Shown one piece after another: positions 1 through 16,700 of a stretch of 64,000 nt of DNA. The position numbers and the translations under genes were made by a program. Every line of letters starts with the position of its first letter. Position 1 is the first letter of the stretch. The notes beneath the pieces are model-generated. The model saw nothing but the letters and a program-made list of their open reading frames with translations, was not told where the DNA came from and did not search any database. Origin of the DNA: Alphaproteobacteria bacterium (GTDB taxonomy: Bacteria; Pseudomonadota; Alphaproteobacteria; UBA828). The stretch covers positions 1,728,001 through 1,792,000 of the forward strand of contig OZ243972.1 in NCBI GenBank assembly GCA_965214705.1. Direction: 5' to 3'.

Positions 1-56
1 GAGCAGCGGGGCTTGTGAGCCCCACAAGCGGCCGCGACCGTGGTGAGTAATCCGGA

Positions 57-1901
57 CTATTCGACGATGTGGTAGACGGGGGCCTTCTCCATGGCCCATT
101 CGCCGGAGTCACGATCGTAGCGAGACAGCGTGAAGCAGTGCCAGTCGGCGTCATCCAGCTTCGGATGATCGCCCCGGTAGTAGTATCCCGGCCACCGCGT
201 CTCGGTCCTGTACATCGTGTGGTGGGTCACGGCCTCCGAGGCCAGGACCCGGTGGTGAAGCTCCCACGCCCGCTGTAGCTGGTGCAGGTCCTCGGCCCCC
301 AGGTGGTCGAGGTCCTCCTTAAGCATGCCGAGCAGCTCCAGCCCGCGCGTGAGCATGGGCTGGTTCGTCGTGTAGGCGGCGCTGATGCCGCCGACGTACT
401 CGTCCATGATCTTCTCAAGGCGCTGAAGGCCGTGAAGCGGCAGGATGTAGCTCGGCGAGACCGTGCCCGCGACGATCTCGTTGCGATGGACCCGGTAGGT
501 CTCCAGGGGCTGGAAGATGACCGTCTTGAGGTCCTCGTACTCTTCCTCGCTGACTTGCGGCTGCTCGCCCTTCAGGTCGTTGACGTAGTTGACCGCCGCT
601 TTGCCGGCGATCCGGCCTTCCGTGTAGGAGCCCGACGAGAACTTGTGGGCTGAGCCGCCGATGGTGTCGCCGGCGCCGAACAGCCCGTCGACGGTCATCA
701 TCCGGTTGTAGCCCCACTGGTAGTCCGCCGGCGCGCAGTCTTCCGGGCCGCTCGCCCAGGCGCCCGAGCATGTGGCGTGCGAGCCCATGACGTAGGGCTC
801 CGACGTGGTCAGCTCCGGATTGGTGTGCTTGGGATCGATGTTCTGGGAGGCCCAGACCACCGCCTGCCCGATGGTCATGCCCAGGAAATTCTCCCAGCCG
901 ACCTGCTCCTTGTGGGGGTCGGCGAAGGCCTCCTTCGTCACCATGCGGATCGGCCCTCGGCCCGCCTTGACCTCCTCCAGGAAGGCGTGGTTGCGCAGGC
1001 ACGTCGGCACCGGGTGCATGTCGATGTAGTCGCCCACCAGCGCCTTGGTCTGGTCGTACCACTTGGACTCGTACTCCTCCCCATAGGCGTTCTCGGTGTA
1101 GGTCTTGAGGTGGAGGAAGTAGGCGCCGACCGGGCCGTAGCCGTCCTTGAAGCGGGTCAGGACGATCCGGTTCTCCATCTGGGTCATCTTGGCGCCGACG
1201 AGAATCGGCAGCGCGTAGGCGGACGCGCTGCTCCAGGGCGCGTACCAGGTCCGCCCCATGCCTTCGCCCACCGCACGGGGCTTGAAGATGTGCGACGCGC
1301 CGCCGGCAGAGACGATGACGGCCTTCGCGCGGAAGACGTAGAACTCCCCGCTGCGGACGTTGAACCCGACCGCGCCTGCAACCCGGTTGGGCTTGGCTCG
1401 GTCCGTCAACAAGTGGGTCACCATGATCCGGTTGTAGACTTCCGTGGCGGCCTTGCGCGCGGCTTCCGCGACGATGGGCTTGTAGCTCTCGCCGTGGATC
1501 ATGATCTGCCACTTGCCTTCCCGCTGATAACGCCCGGTCTCCGGGTCCCGCATGATGGGAAGGCCCCACTCCTCGAACTTGTGCACCGTGGAATCCACGT
1601 GCCGGGCGATGTCGTAGCCAAGGTCCTCCCGCACCAGCCCCATGAGGTCGTTCCGGGCGTAGCGGACATGGTCCTCGGGCTGGTTCTCGTTCCACTGCAT
1701 GCCCATGTAGCAGTTGATCGCGTAGAGGCCCTGGGCCACGGCGCCGCTGCGCTCGATGTTCGCCTTCTCGGCGCAGACCACCTTCAGGTCGCGCCCCCAG
1801 TAGCCGGCTTCGTAGGTCGCCCCGCAGCCGGCCATGCCGCCGCCGATGACGAGGATGTCCGCGTCGACGAAGACCGTCTTGCGGCGCGAGAACAGGCCCA
1901 C
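57..1901 (-). CDS. aprA: Adenylylsulfate (APS) reductase alpha subunit
   Basis: FAD-binding DILVIGGGMAGCG, KANIERSGAVAQGL, GKWQIMIHGESYKPIVAEAA and HKFSSGS motifs. The start is placed at GTG 1901, overlapping the aprB stop (TAGTG), not at 2240 as in the ORF track. Confidence 0.95.
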   Translation of the reverse strand: MGLFSRRKTVFVDADILVIGGGMAGCGATYEAGYWGRDLKVVCAEKANIERSGAVAQGLYAINCYMGMQWNENQPEDHVRYARNDLMGLVREDLGYDIARHVDSTVHKFEEWGLPIMRDPETGRYQREGKWQIMIHGESYKPIVAEAARKAATEVYNRIMVTHLLTDRAKPNRVAGAVGFNVRSGEFYVFRAKAVIVSAGGASHIFKPRAVGEGMGRTWYAPWSSASAYALPILVGAKMTQMENRIVLTRFKDGYGPVGAYFLHLKTYTENAYGEEYESKWYDQTKALVGDYIDMHPVPTCLRNHAFLEEVKAGRGPIRMVTKEAFADPHKEQVGWENFLGMTIGQAVVWASQNIDPKHTNPELTTSEPYVMGSHATCSGAWASGPEDCAPADYQWGYNRMMTVDGLFGAGDTIGGSAHKFSSGSYTEGRIAGKAAVNYVNDLKGEQPQVSEEEYEDLKTVIFQPLETYRVHRNEIVAGTVSPSYILPLHGLQRLEKIMDEYVGGISAAYTTNQPMLTRGLELLGMLKEDLDHLGAEDLHQLQRAWELHHRVLASEAVTHHTMYRTETRWPGYYYRGDHPKLDDADWHCFTLSRYDRDSGEWAMEKAPVYHIVE

Positions 1902-2362
1902 TAGAGGAGTCCCTGCTTGAAGCGCTCCGGTGCCATCGCGGGCAGCGCGTCCACGTTGAGCGCGTCCGGCTCGTGCGCCAGCTCCTGGGATTTCATCGCG
2001 TCCGCGGTGGGCGCCTCGTAGTCGGCCGGCGGCTTGATCGAGCCCCAAGGCGTGGTCCGGATGGGAGAAACGAAGTCCTTCTCCTCGCCGTCCCGGAACT
2101 TGATCTTCCAGGAAATGGTGCCCTTCGCCTCTTCCCTCAGCGCCCGGACGCTGTGCCCCATGGGCGCGAAGTCGGCATAGCCGCGGCAGTCGATGGCATG
2201 CTGCGGGCACGCCTTCACGCAGGAGTAGCACTCCCAGCACATGTTGGGCTCGATGTTGTAGGCGCGCCGGTAGGTCTTATCGATGTGCATGATGTCGGAC
2301 GGGCAGATGTCGACGCAGTAGCCGCAGCCGTCGCACCGGGTCATGTAGACGAAGGTCGGCAT
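1901..2362 (-). CDS. aprB: APS reductase beta subunit (2x[4Fe-4S])
   Basis: MPTFVYMTRCDGCGYCVDICPSD and CWECYSCVKACP ferredoxin motifs; directly upstream of aprA. Confidence 0.95.
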   Translation of the reverse strand: MPTFVYMTRCDGCGYCVDICPSDIMHIDKTYRRAYNIEPNMCWECYSCVKACPQHAIDCRGYADFAPMGHSVRALREEAKGTISWKIKFRDGEEKDFVSPIRTTPWGSIKPPADYEAPTADAMKSQELAHEPDALNVDALPAMAPERFKQGLL

Positions 2363-2405
2363 GGGGTTCGGTACTCTCCTCTATCGAAGACCGATGGTGG
2401 GCCGA

Positions 2406-3182
2406 TCAGTAGTGCCGGGGCCGTTCGCGGGCAATGCCGAGCGTTTCGGGCTCGTCGGCAGGGGCCGGCAGGTTGCTCCTCGAACCGGCCGCCTCCGACA
2501 CCCGCTTCTCGAGGGCCGCCGCTGGCTTGAAGAACATGTGCGAGAACTTGGACCACGGAACGGAGCCGAACAGCACCGTCGTGGCGATGAGGTAGAGCAC
2601 GAGAACGATGTACGTCCCCCAGCTCTCGACCGACTGCAGCGCAGCCCAGATCAGCCCCAGCGACGTGGTGGCGAGAAGCGAGAGGATGAAGAGGTCGGCG
2701 CGCATGATACGGAAGGGCTTGTGGCCCTCGGCCGACACGTCCACCCGAATGAAGAACCAGAACCAGTAACCACCGAGGCAGACCAGCAAGGCGCCTGCGA
2801 TCCAGAGCTGGGGCAGGACGGCGGGCGTCGCCGCGGCGGGGCAGAACACCATGACGACGGTGGTCACGACGTAGAGCAGGAAGCCGTACATGGTCAGCAG
2901 GTGGGCGACCCGGCGGCGCCCGAGACCGAATTCGGCGGAGGTCAGGACCTCCACCAAAGCGGTCTGGATCGCGAGCGACAGTATTTTCCCGCCGCCGACC
3001 TTCTGTGTGCCCTTGCCCCGTGAGTTCCGCCAACTCGCGAAGAAATAAGCGGCGCTCCCCTTGTGCCAGACGTCGAACAGGGTGCCGCCCACGACCAGCG
3101 CGATCATGACGCCGACGTAGGCCTGAATCGCGGAGGACGGTATGGACTCCGCAAGCACGGCAAAGGGATTACTGGTGAACAC
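2406..3182 (-). CDS. aprM: APS reductase membrane anchor
   Basis: Multi-TM protein with RRVAHLLTMYGF, GGYWFWFFIRVDV and VPWSKFSHMFFKP; immediately upstream of aprB. Confidence 0.85.
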   Translation of the reverse strand: MFTSNPFAVLAESIPSSAIQAYVGVMIALVVGGTLFDVWHKGSAAYFFASWRNSRGKGTQKVGGGKILSLAIQTALVEVLTSAEFGLGRRRVAHLLTMYGFLLYVVTTVVMVFCPAAATPAVLPQLWIAGALLVCLGGYWFWFFIRVDVSAEGHKPFRIMRADLFILSLLATTSLGLIWAALQSVESWGTYIVLVLYLIATTVLFGSVPWSKFSHMFFKPAAALEKRVSEAAGSRSNLPAPADEPETLGIARERPRHY

Positions 3183-3265
3183 GTTATTCCCCCGGTCGGC
3201 CTGGTCCGTTCAACGCCGGGCGCGACTGTATCGATTCATCCGGTGGAAGGGTAACATATATCCTA

Positions 3266-3279
3266 TGTAACCGGTTACA
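3266..3279. promoter_or_regulatory. Perfect 14-bp palindrome TGTAACCGGTTACA, candidate operator upstream of aprMBA
   Basis: Lies in the short AT-rich intergenic gap about 85 bp upstream of the aprM start; resembles LacI-family operators. Confidence 0.5.
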
Positions 3280-3295
3280 AAGGCCAGTGCGCCGG

Positions 3296-4702
3296 TCAGC
3301 CATCGGCGTCCAGCGCTGGCACGGGCAAGCCACTCGGCACGCTCTCGGGGACGATGAGGGCGCGGCTCTCGGCCTGGGCATCCTCCAGGCTGTGCAGGAA
3401 GGCGAGGAGGCTCGCGCGCTCGTCCTCGCTGAGCGCGATGCCGCGCCTGAGCATGGGTGAAAAGCTTTTGCGGCGCAGCGCGTCGGCCTCGGACTCGTTC
3501 GGTGCCGCCGCGGGCGGGGCAAGATGGAGCGCGATGGCGTCGGCCAGGCTCGTGACGGCCCCGCTGTGGAAATAGGGCGCGGTCAGTGTGACGTTGCGGA
3601 GCGGCGGCGTGCGGAACTGATACAGGTTCCGGGGAATTCGCGTCGCCTCGAAGCGCCCGCGGTCGTCGCCGCTTTCGTCGATACCGGGGCCGATCTGGGG
3701 CACGGCGAGGGAGTGGAACTGGAAGTCGCTCAAGAGCGGGCCGCTGTGGCAGGCGACGCAGCGGCCCTTGCCGTAGAAGAGCAGCGCGCCCCGCTTCGCC
3801 GCGGCGTCGAGCGCGCCCTTCTCGCCGGCGAGGTAGCGGTCCCACGGCGTCTCCTGCGTGACGAAGGCCAGTTCCTGGAAGTGACCGAGGGTGTTGGCGA
3901 GGTCGCCCATGGTGACGGTGCCGAGCAGCGTATCGGGAAACGCCTGGGCGATGAGCCGGCGGTAGGCGATCTGCCAGTCGGCGAGCGTCGTGCCAGCCTG
4001 GCCGAGCAGCCGGCGCATCAGCGCGTCGTGGACCGCGACGAAGCGCTGCGGCTCGAACTCGTCGAAGCCCGCCGCGGCCCGGGCGATCTCGTTGGGCTTG
4101 TCGCCGTGGCCGCCGGGAAGGTCGGGCGCCGAGCGGTCGTGCGGCAGGCCCAGCATCTCCTCCTCGCCGGCGAGCGGGAAGAGCGCCTGCGCCGCCAGCA
4201 CGCTCTCGATCCCATCCGGCAGGTAGTCCATCATCGGGGTCTGGAAGCGGCTCACCGGCGCCTCGATCTCGCTCACGCGCCCGTCCCAGAACATATTGCG
4301 CACGCTCGGGTGGCCGCGATTCCAGATATCCATCGTGTTGCGCGGGTGCACCCGCTCCGAGTCGAGCGCCCGACGCTCCTCCGCGAGGCCTGTGGCGCGG
4401 ACGCCCAAGGAGAGCGCCACGCCGTCCGACGTGCCGCGCCCCGGCAGGTGGCAGGTGGCGCAGGCCACGTCGCGCGTGCCGCTGAGGATGGGGTCGAAGA
4501 AGAGCAGCTGACCCAGGCGGAACTTGGGCGTAACCACCAGCGGCGGCGCCTCCAGGGGCTCGAGCCCGCGTGCGGCGATAACGCGGTCGAGCGCCGCGTC
4601 GAGGTCGTCGTCGGCCGCCAGTGCCGGCGTCGCTGCCACGCCGGCGAGGCAGAGCCACAGACAGAGGCAAAGCAGCACTATTGCAGGCCGAAGCGGCCGC
4701 AT
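3296..4702 (-). CDS. Di-haem cytochrome c peroxidase / MauG-family protein
   Basis: Signal peptide, LGQLLFFDPILSG-CATCH, MFWDGR, second haem site CVACH, FRTPPLRNVTLTAPYFHSG. Confidence 0.85.
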   Translation of the reverse strand: MRPLRPAIVLLCLCLWLCLAGVAATPALAADDDLDAALDRVIAARGLEPLEAPPLVVTPKFRLGQLLFFDPILSGTRDVACATCHLPGRGTSDGVALSLGVRATGLAEERRALDSERVHPRNTMDIWNRGHPSVRNMFWDGRVSEIEAPVSRFQTPMMDYLPDGIESVLAAQALFPLAGEEEMLGLPHDRSAPDLPGGHGDKPNEIARAAAGFDEFEPQRFVAVHDALMRRLLGQAGTTLADWQIAYRRLIAQAFPDTLLGTVTMGDLANTLGHFQELAFVTQETPWDRYLAGEKGALDAAAKRGALLFYGKGRCVACHSGPLLSDFQFHSLAVPQIGPGIDESGDDRGRFEATRIPRNLYQFRTPPLRNVTLTAPYFHSGAVTSLADAIALHLAPPAAAPNESEADALRRKSFSPMLRRGIALSEDERASLLAFLHSLEDAQAESRALIVPESVPSGLPVPALDADG

Positions 4703-4812
4703 GACGGCAGTCTCTCAACCCATTCGGTCTAGGGACAGAGCTTAGCCCGGTTTTCCGGGCACGGTCATGGTCTGCGTCGCGCGGAACGTGCGCCGGGCGC
4801 GTGTCGCGCGGA

Positions 4813-6204
4813 CTATTGGGCGGCGACGCCTCCCATGGCGAGGGAGCTGGAGGCGCGGAAATCCACGTCCTTCGGGTGGCCGTCGAGGGCGCGGCGGATG
4901 GCGCGGTCGAGGCGCTCGGTGAAGGCTTCGATCTCCGCCTCGGTCACGGTGAGCGGCGGGCAGATGCGGAGGAAATTCTTCACGCAGATCACGATCACAC
5001 CGCCCAGTGCCGCATTGAGGCGGATGCGCTCGGCCATCGCGGGGTCGGGCGTGCGGGTCTCCTTGTCGCTCACGATGTCGAGCATCTGATAGAGCCCCTG
5101 GCCGCGCACGTCGCCGATCACCGCGTGGGCGTCGCGCAGGCGCTCCAGCGCGGTGCGGAGCACTTGGCCCATTGCGGCGGCGCGCTCGTCCAACCTGTCG
5201 CGCAGCACGATCTCCAGCTGCTTGTCGGCGACGGCGGCCGGCAGCGGGTCGCCGGAATAGGTGCCGGCCCACGGGAGCCCCGCCTTGCCGCGCGCCTGCT
5301 CCGCGATCTCGTGCGTGGTGACGGCACCGCAGATCGCAAGACCCGCGCTCATGCCCTTGGCGAAAGTGACGATATCGGGGGTCACGTCGTAGTGCTGGAA
5401 GCCCCAGAGTTTGCCCGTGCGCGCCGGCGCGAGCTGGGCCTCGTCCAGAACCAGCAACGCCCCCTCGGCCTCGGCAAGCTGTTTGAGCCGGGGCAGCCAT
5501 TCCGGCGGCGGCACCACCATGCCGCCCGCGACCAGCATGGTCTCCGCCAGCACCGCGGCGATGTCGCCCGAGGTGACGTGGTCGATCAGCTCGCGCGATT
5601 GCGTGAGGCAGGCCACGTCGCAGGCGGGGTATTCGAGGTTGATCGGGCAGCGGTAGCAGAAGGGCGCGTAGATCGCGGGCGCGTTGGCGGGCGCCAGCAG
5701 GGGCCCGAGATGGCGCCGCCGGGCGCCGCCGATGGTGGTCACGGATTCGACCGCGAGGCTGCCGCCGTGAAGGCCCCGGATCACCGAGAGGATGTCGTGC
5801 TTGCCGGTGACCGCGAGCGCCATGCGCATGGCGACCTCGTTCGCCTCCGAGCCCGTGACGGCGAAGTTCACCACCTCCAGCCCGTCCGGCAGGGTGCTGC
5901 CGATGCGCTCGGCGAAGCGCACGAGATTGGGGTTCGAGTACCAGGAGTTCTCGTGCCAGAGCTTGCCGGCCTCTGCGCGCATGACCTCCACCAGCTCGGG
6001 GTGGCAGTGGCCCAGCACGTTACACATCATGCCGGCGGTCAGGTCGTAATAGCGCTTGCCGTCGACGTCGTAGAGCCAGATGCCCTCGCCGCGCTCGAAC
6101 TGGATCGCCGGTTGGTAGCGCCAGCCGTAGACGCGCGCGGCATCCCGCGCCATCAGGTCGGCGTGGGCGTTAGAGGGCGCGTGGGAGGGCGCGGCGTCAG
6201 CCAT
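4813..6204 (-). CDS. Class III PLP-dependent aminotransferase
   Basis: GEGIWLYDVDGKRYYD, LGHCHP, TGSEANE, LDEAQ...RTG, and PDIVTFAKG (PLP lysine). Confidence 0.9.
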   Translation of the reverse strand: MADAAPSHAPSNAHADLMARDAARVYGWRYQPAIQFERGEGIWLYDVDGKRYYDLTAGMMCNVLGHCHPELVEVMRAEAGKLWHENSWYSNPNLVRFAERIGSTLPDGLEVVNFAVTGSEANEVAMRMALAVTGKHDILSVIRGLHGGSLAVESVTTIGGARRRHLGPLLAPANAPAIYAPFCYRCPINLEYPACDVACLTQSRELIDHVTSGDIAAVLAETMLVAGGMVVPPPEWLPRLKQLAEAEGALLVLDEAQLAPARTGKLWGFQHYDVTPDIVTFAKGMSAGLAICGAVTTHEIAEQARGKAGLPWAGTYSGDPLPAAVADKQLEIVLRDRLDERAAAMGQVLRTALERLRDAHAVIGDVRGQGLYQMLDIVSDKETRTPDPAMAERIRLNAALGGVIVICVKNFLRICPPLTVTEAEIEAFTERLDRAIRRALDGHPKDVDFRASSSLAMGGVAAQ

Positions 6205-8536
6205 CGTGCGCGGCCGGGATGGCGATGGAAATGTCGCGCAGGATCGGGTCGGTGGCGACGGCGATCTCGTTCTCGATCTGCGCGCCGCAGCCGGGGCAGC
6301 AGAACAGCCGGAACTCGACGGGATCGTCCACGAAAAGGGAAGGATCGCCGATCAGCGGGTTCGACTCCGAGACCGGCCGCACGTCCTGCAGGCAGGCGTC
6401 CTTGTAGTTGGCATCGAGCGGGCCGAGCGACGCCCCGCAGTCACCGCAGGCCCAGTAGGCGCCTGAAGCATCTTCGCGTATGTCGAGGGAATCGGTCGCA
6501 CGCAGGCGCAGGTCGCCGTTGCGCTCAGGCTGCGGCGTCGCGCCGTTGGTGAGGCGTGCGAGGCGGTCGGCCTTGATCGCGGCCCGGTTGCGCTCGGTCG
6601 CCTCGACAGCGACGGTGGTGTCGTCCTCGCCCAGCACGGCCCCAAAAATCGCCCGAGCCGCCTCCGGCGTGACGTTCTGGTGCAGGAGGTCGTGCTGGAT
6701 CTTGGCGGGATCCCGCCGCATGGGATCGCCGAAGCCGCCGCCGCCGGACCAGCGCACCGCGTAGACATCCGCCGGGTTCTGGTCGAAGTTCTCTTGCCGC
6801 AGCTCCAGATGCTCGGGCCGGCCCGAGACCTGCGAACAGTCGTCGATCAAGCGGCTCTCGGCCATGCGCTCCAGAATGTCGCTCTCGCGGATAAACTGGT
6901 AGGCGTTGGTGGTGGAGGGGAAGCCCCCCATCATCCCCGTCGATGTCGGCGTCGCGTTGCCGGATGACAGCGTGTCCTGGGTGATGCGGTCGGTGTTGTG
7001 GGGGATGAAGCAGGTCTCGGCGGAGAGCCCGCCGCGGTAACGGCCGGCGCCGCCCGAATCCGGCAGCTCCTTGCGGTAGAGCACGAGCAGCGGGAAGTTC
7101 TGCTCGTTGTGCTCGACGTTGGGGAGCTGGCAGATCGGCGTGCGCGCCTGGCCGCCGGTGTTGATGCCGTCGGCGTGGGCGAAGGCGCCGATGGAGCCGC
7201 CGATGGGGTCGATCAGCAGGTAGCCGTAGCGCTCGCCCCACTGGTCGATGCCGCGGAAGAGCGTCGCCGGCCACTGACTGGTGCCGCCGATGCCCATGAT
7301 GTCGCCGCGCAGCTCTTCGTCCGAGAAGAGCATCTTGGAGATGGCGTTGTAGGCGGGATAAAGCGATATCTCCATGGACTGGGTGGGCGCGGTGGACACG
7401 CTGGCCGGGAAGTCGGCGCAGTTGAGCGTGCCTGCCGTCGGGTCGAAGTCGATGTGCCTGAGCGCGCCGCCCACCGCGAAATACTGGTCCCACGCGAGCA
7501 GTTCGTTGATCGCCACCATGACCGAGCCGCGCCAGCCGGAATAGGTGGCGTTCATGGCGCCGTCCTGCGGCGCGGTGCCGTCGTTGTCGAAGATCAGCCG
7601 GTTGCCCTTCTTGGTGACGGTGATCTGGACCCGGTGGGTGCGCCGGTCCCCCGGCCGGCAGGCCTCGACGTAGGTGCGGTCGCTCCAGGCGCCGTCGGGC
7701 AAGCGCTCCAGCTTGGCGAGGAAGGCGGTCTCGGCATTGTCGATGATGCGCTTCATCACGCCCTTGACCGTGCGCGGCCCGTAGCGGCGGACGAGCTGCA
7801 GCAAGCGCTCGCGCGCGCTCATGTTGCCGGCGAGCTGCGCGCGGAAATCGAGCGCCACCATCTCGGGCTTGCGGGAGGAGCGCAGGTAGAGCTCCTCGAT
7901 ATCGCGGCGGACCACGTCGTTCTCGACGATCTTCACCGGCGGAATAAGGATTCCTTCGTCGAAGGCGCTCTCGGCCGCCGGGCAGAAGCTCCCCGGCGTG
8001 ATGCCGCCGATGTCGTACTGATGCAGGCAGTTGGTGATCCAGCAGAAAAGCTCGCCCTCCCAGAACACCGGGCAGATCACCATCACGTCCATCTGGTGTG
8101 CGGCGCCGACCCAGGGATCGTTGGCGAGGAACATGTCGCCCTCGCGGATGCCGGGGTTGTCGCTGCGGTTCTCCAGGATCCACTTCACCTGCGTGTCGGT
8201 GACGCCCGACATGTACTGCATGTAGGGGCCGAAATAGACGAACTCGGCGTCCTCGGTGAGGATCGAGGGGTTGAGGTCGAGCGCGTAGATCGCGACCGGC
8301 GAGCCGGAGATGCGCTGGATCGTGGCGCCGTGCTCCTCGTTGATGTTCCAGAGATTGTGGCGAATTACCTCGTAGGTGACGGGATCGATTTGAGTTTCCC
8401 AGTCGCGGTGGAGGGTGAGCTTGTCGGAGATGCTGAGCTCGCGCGGCGGCACGTAGGGCTTGGCCACGCCGTCGAAGCTGGTCTCCGTCATCTCGCTGAT
8501 GCGCCGCATGGTCGCGACCTGTGGGCCGGTATTCAT
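6197..8536 (-). CDS. Hydantoinase B/oxoprolinase-family protein with a C-terminal acetone-carboxylase gamma-like Zn domain
   Basis: IDPVTYEVIRH, GDMFLANDPW, DSGGAGRYRGG and GGGGFGDP motifs; C-terminal CGDCG...NYK...FCCPGCG. Confidence 0.8.
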   Translation of the reverse strand: MNTGPQVATMRRISEMTETSFDGVAKPYVPPRELSISDKLTLHRDWETQIDPVTYEVIRHNLWNINEEHGATIQRISGSPVAIYALDLNPSILTEDAEFVYFGPYMQYMSGVTDTQVKWILENRSDNPGIREGDMFLANDPWVGAAHQMDVMVICPVFWEGELFCWITNCLHQYDIGGITPGSFCPAAESAFDEGILIPPVKIVENDVVRRDIEELYLRSSRKPEMVALDFRAQLAGNMSARERLLQLVRRYGPRTVKGVMKRIIDNAETAFLAKLERLPDGAWSDRTYVEACRPGDRRTHRVQITVTKKGNRLIFDNDGTAPQDGAMNATYSGWRGSVMVAINELLAWDQYFAVGGALRHIDFDPTAGTLNCADFPASVSTAPTQSMEISLYPAYNAISKMLFSDEELRGDIMGIGGTSQWPATLFRGIDQWGERYGYLLIDPIGGSIGAFAHADGINTGGQARTPICQLPNVEHNEQNFPLLVLYRKELPDSGGAGRYRGGLSAETCFIPHNTDRITQDTLSSGNATPTSTGMMGGFPSTTNAYQFIRESDILERMAESRLIDDCSQVSGRPEHLELRQENFDQNPADVYAVRWSGGGGFGDPMRRDPAKIQHDLLHQNVTPEAARAIFGAVLGEDDTTVAVEATERNRAAIKADRLARLTNGATPQPERNGDLRLRATDSLDIREDASGAYWACGDCGASLGPLDANYKDACLQDVRPVSESNPLIGDPSLFVDDPVEFRLFCCPGCGAQIENEIAVATDPILRDISIAIPAAHDG

Positions 8537-8564
8537 GGTTCCGCCTCGTTCAGTCTCGTCCAGC

Positions 8565-9968
<1,404 letters not shown>

Positions 9969-9992
9969 GGCGGCTCCGGCAGGACATACGGG

Positions 9993-15029
<5,037 letters not shown>

Positions 15030-15030
<1 letters not shown>

Positions 15031-16199
15031 CAGCCCGCTCGCCCTATTGCCTGGACCACCTTTGCCGCCGCATCGCCGAGGTCGTCGGCCGCGATCAGGT
15101 CGATCCCCGCGCCATCCAGGATCGCCTTGCCCTTCTCCACATTGGTGCCCTCGAGCCGGACCACAAGGGGGAGGTCCAGCGATACCTCGCGCGCAGCCGC
15201 GACGATGCCCTCGGCGATGACGTCGCAGCGCATGATGCCGCCGAAGATGTTCACCAGGATGCCGCGCACGTTGGGGTCGGAGAGAATGATCTTGAAGGCC
15301 TCGGTGACCCGCTCGCGGGTAGCGCCGCCGCCGACATCGAGGAAGTTGGCGGGCTCGGCGCCATGAAGCTTGATGATGTCCATCGTCGCCATGGCGAGGC
15401 CCGCGCCGTTGACCATGCAGCCGATGTTGCCGTCGAGCTTGACGTAGCTCAGCTCGTGCTCGCCGGCGGCGCGCTCCGCCGGGTCTTCCTCGTCCGGATC
15501 GCGCAGCGCGGCGATCTCCCGCTGCCGGTAAAGCGCGTTGTCGTCGATGCTCACCTTGGCATCGAGGGCGATGAGCGTGCCCTTCGAGGTCTCGATCAGG
15601 GGGTTGATCTCCACCAGGCTGGCATCGGTGCCGAGCACCGCGTCGTAGACCGCGCGCCCGAGCCTGCCTGCTGCCTTCGCCGCCTCGCCGGAGAGGCCGA
15701 GACCGAAGGCGAGGCTGCGTGCGTGGTGGGGCTGGAAGCCGCTCGCGGGATCGACCGGCACGGTCACGATGGCCTGCGGGTTCTCGGCGGCGACTGTCTC
15801 AATCTCGACGCCGCCCTCAGCTGAGGCGATGAGCGCGACGCGTCCGCTCTCGCGGTCGACCACGGCGCCGAGGTAGTACTCGTGGGCGATGTCGGCGCCT
15901 TCCTCCAGGTAGACCCGGCGCACCTCGCGGCCGCCGGGTCCGGTCTGATGGGTGACGAGCACCTTGCCGAACATGGCGCTGGCCGCCGCGACCGCCTCGT
16001 CGCGGTCCTTGCACACCTTGACCCCGCCGGCCTTGCCGCGCCCGCCGGCATGTATCTGCGCCTTGACCACCCAGACCGGGCCGCCGAGCTCGTCCACGGC
16101 AGCTTCGATTCCGTCTGGCACAAGCACCGGCACGCCGCGCGGCACCGGCACGCCGAACCCTGCCAGCACCTGCTTGGCCTGATATTCGTGGAGGTTCAT
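15030..16199 (-). CDS. sucC: Succinyl-CoA synthetase beta subunit
   Basis: [34 protein letters not shown] and [10 protein letters not shown]. Confidence 0.96.
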
Positions 16200-16700
16200 G
16201 GGGCCGTCCCGCCGCGCGAGGATCGAGGGCGGGCCGTTATAGCACTCCCCCGCCCGCCCCGGCTATCGCGACGGCCCGCGTGAAAGGGACCCGAACGGGG
16301 ACGCGTTCGGGTCGTGGGGTGCCCCGCCGGAACTTGGTTCGGCGGGGCCTACCGTGGTAGCGCGACGATTACCGGTCCATTCAAACTTTCGAACTTATGC
16401 CCGTGCATCACGCGTTTTAGTTTTCGCTCTGTCTCACGAACAAATTCATGTGTTTCAGGAATCGTGATATTATTTTTTTAAAATACTCCGATTTATATTG
16501 ACAAATATACCGAATTAGAGACTCTCGGAACAAGGCTTATGCGCTTGATCGAACAGAATGGTATGCGCGCTCGAAGCATCAACGACGGGACGGATGCGCA
16601 AGATCGATGTCCGGCAGTCGCTGTGGAGGAGACGCGTTGGTTGGTTGGCGATGTTGGGGCACCAGGGGTGGAGTTCCATTCGGTTCGCTGACACGGTCGT

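Noticed and set aside
1902-2240. N-terminal extension of the 727-aa ORF 57..2240
   Set aside because: It overlaps aprB in another frame; AprA similarity begins at GTG 1901.
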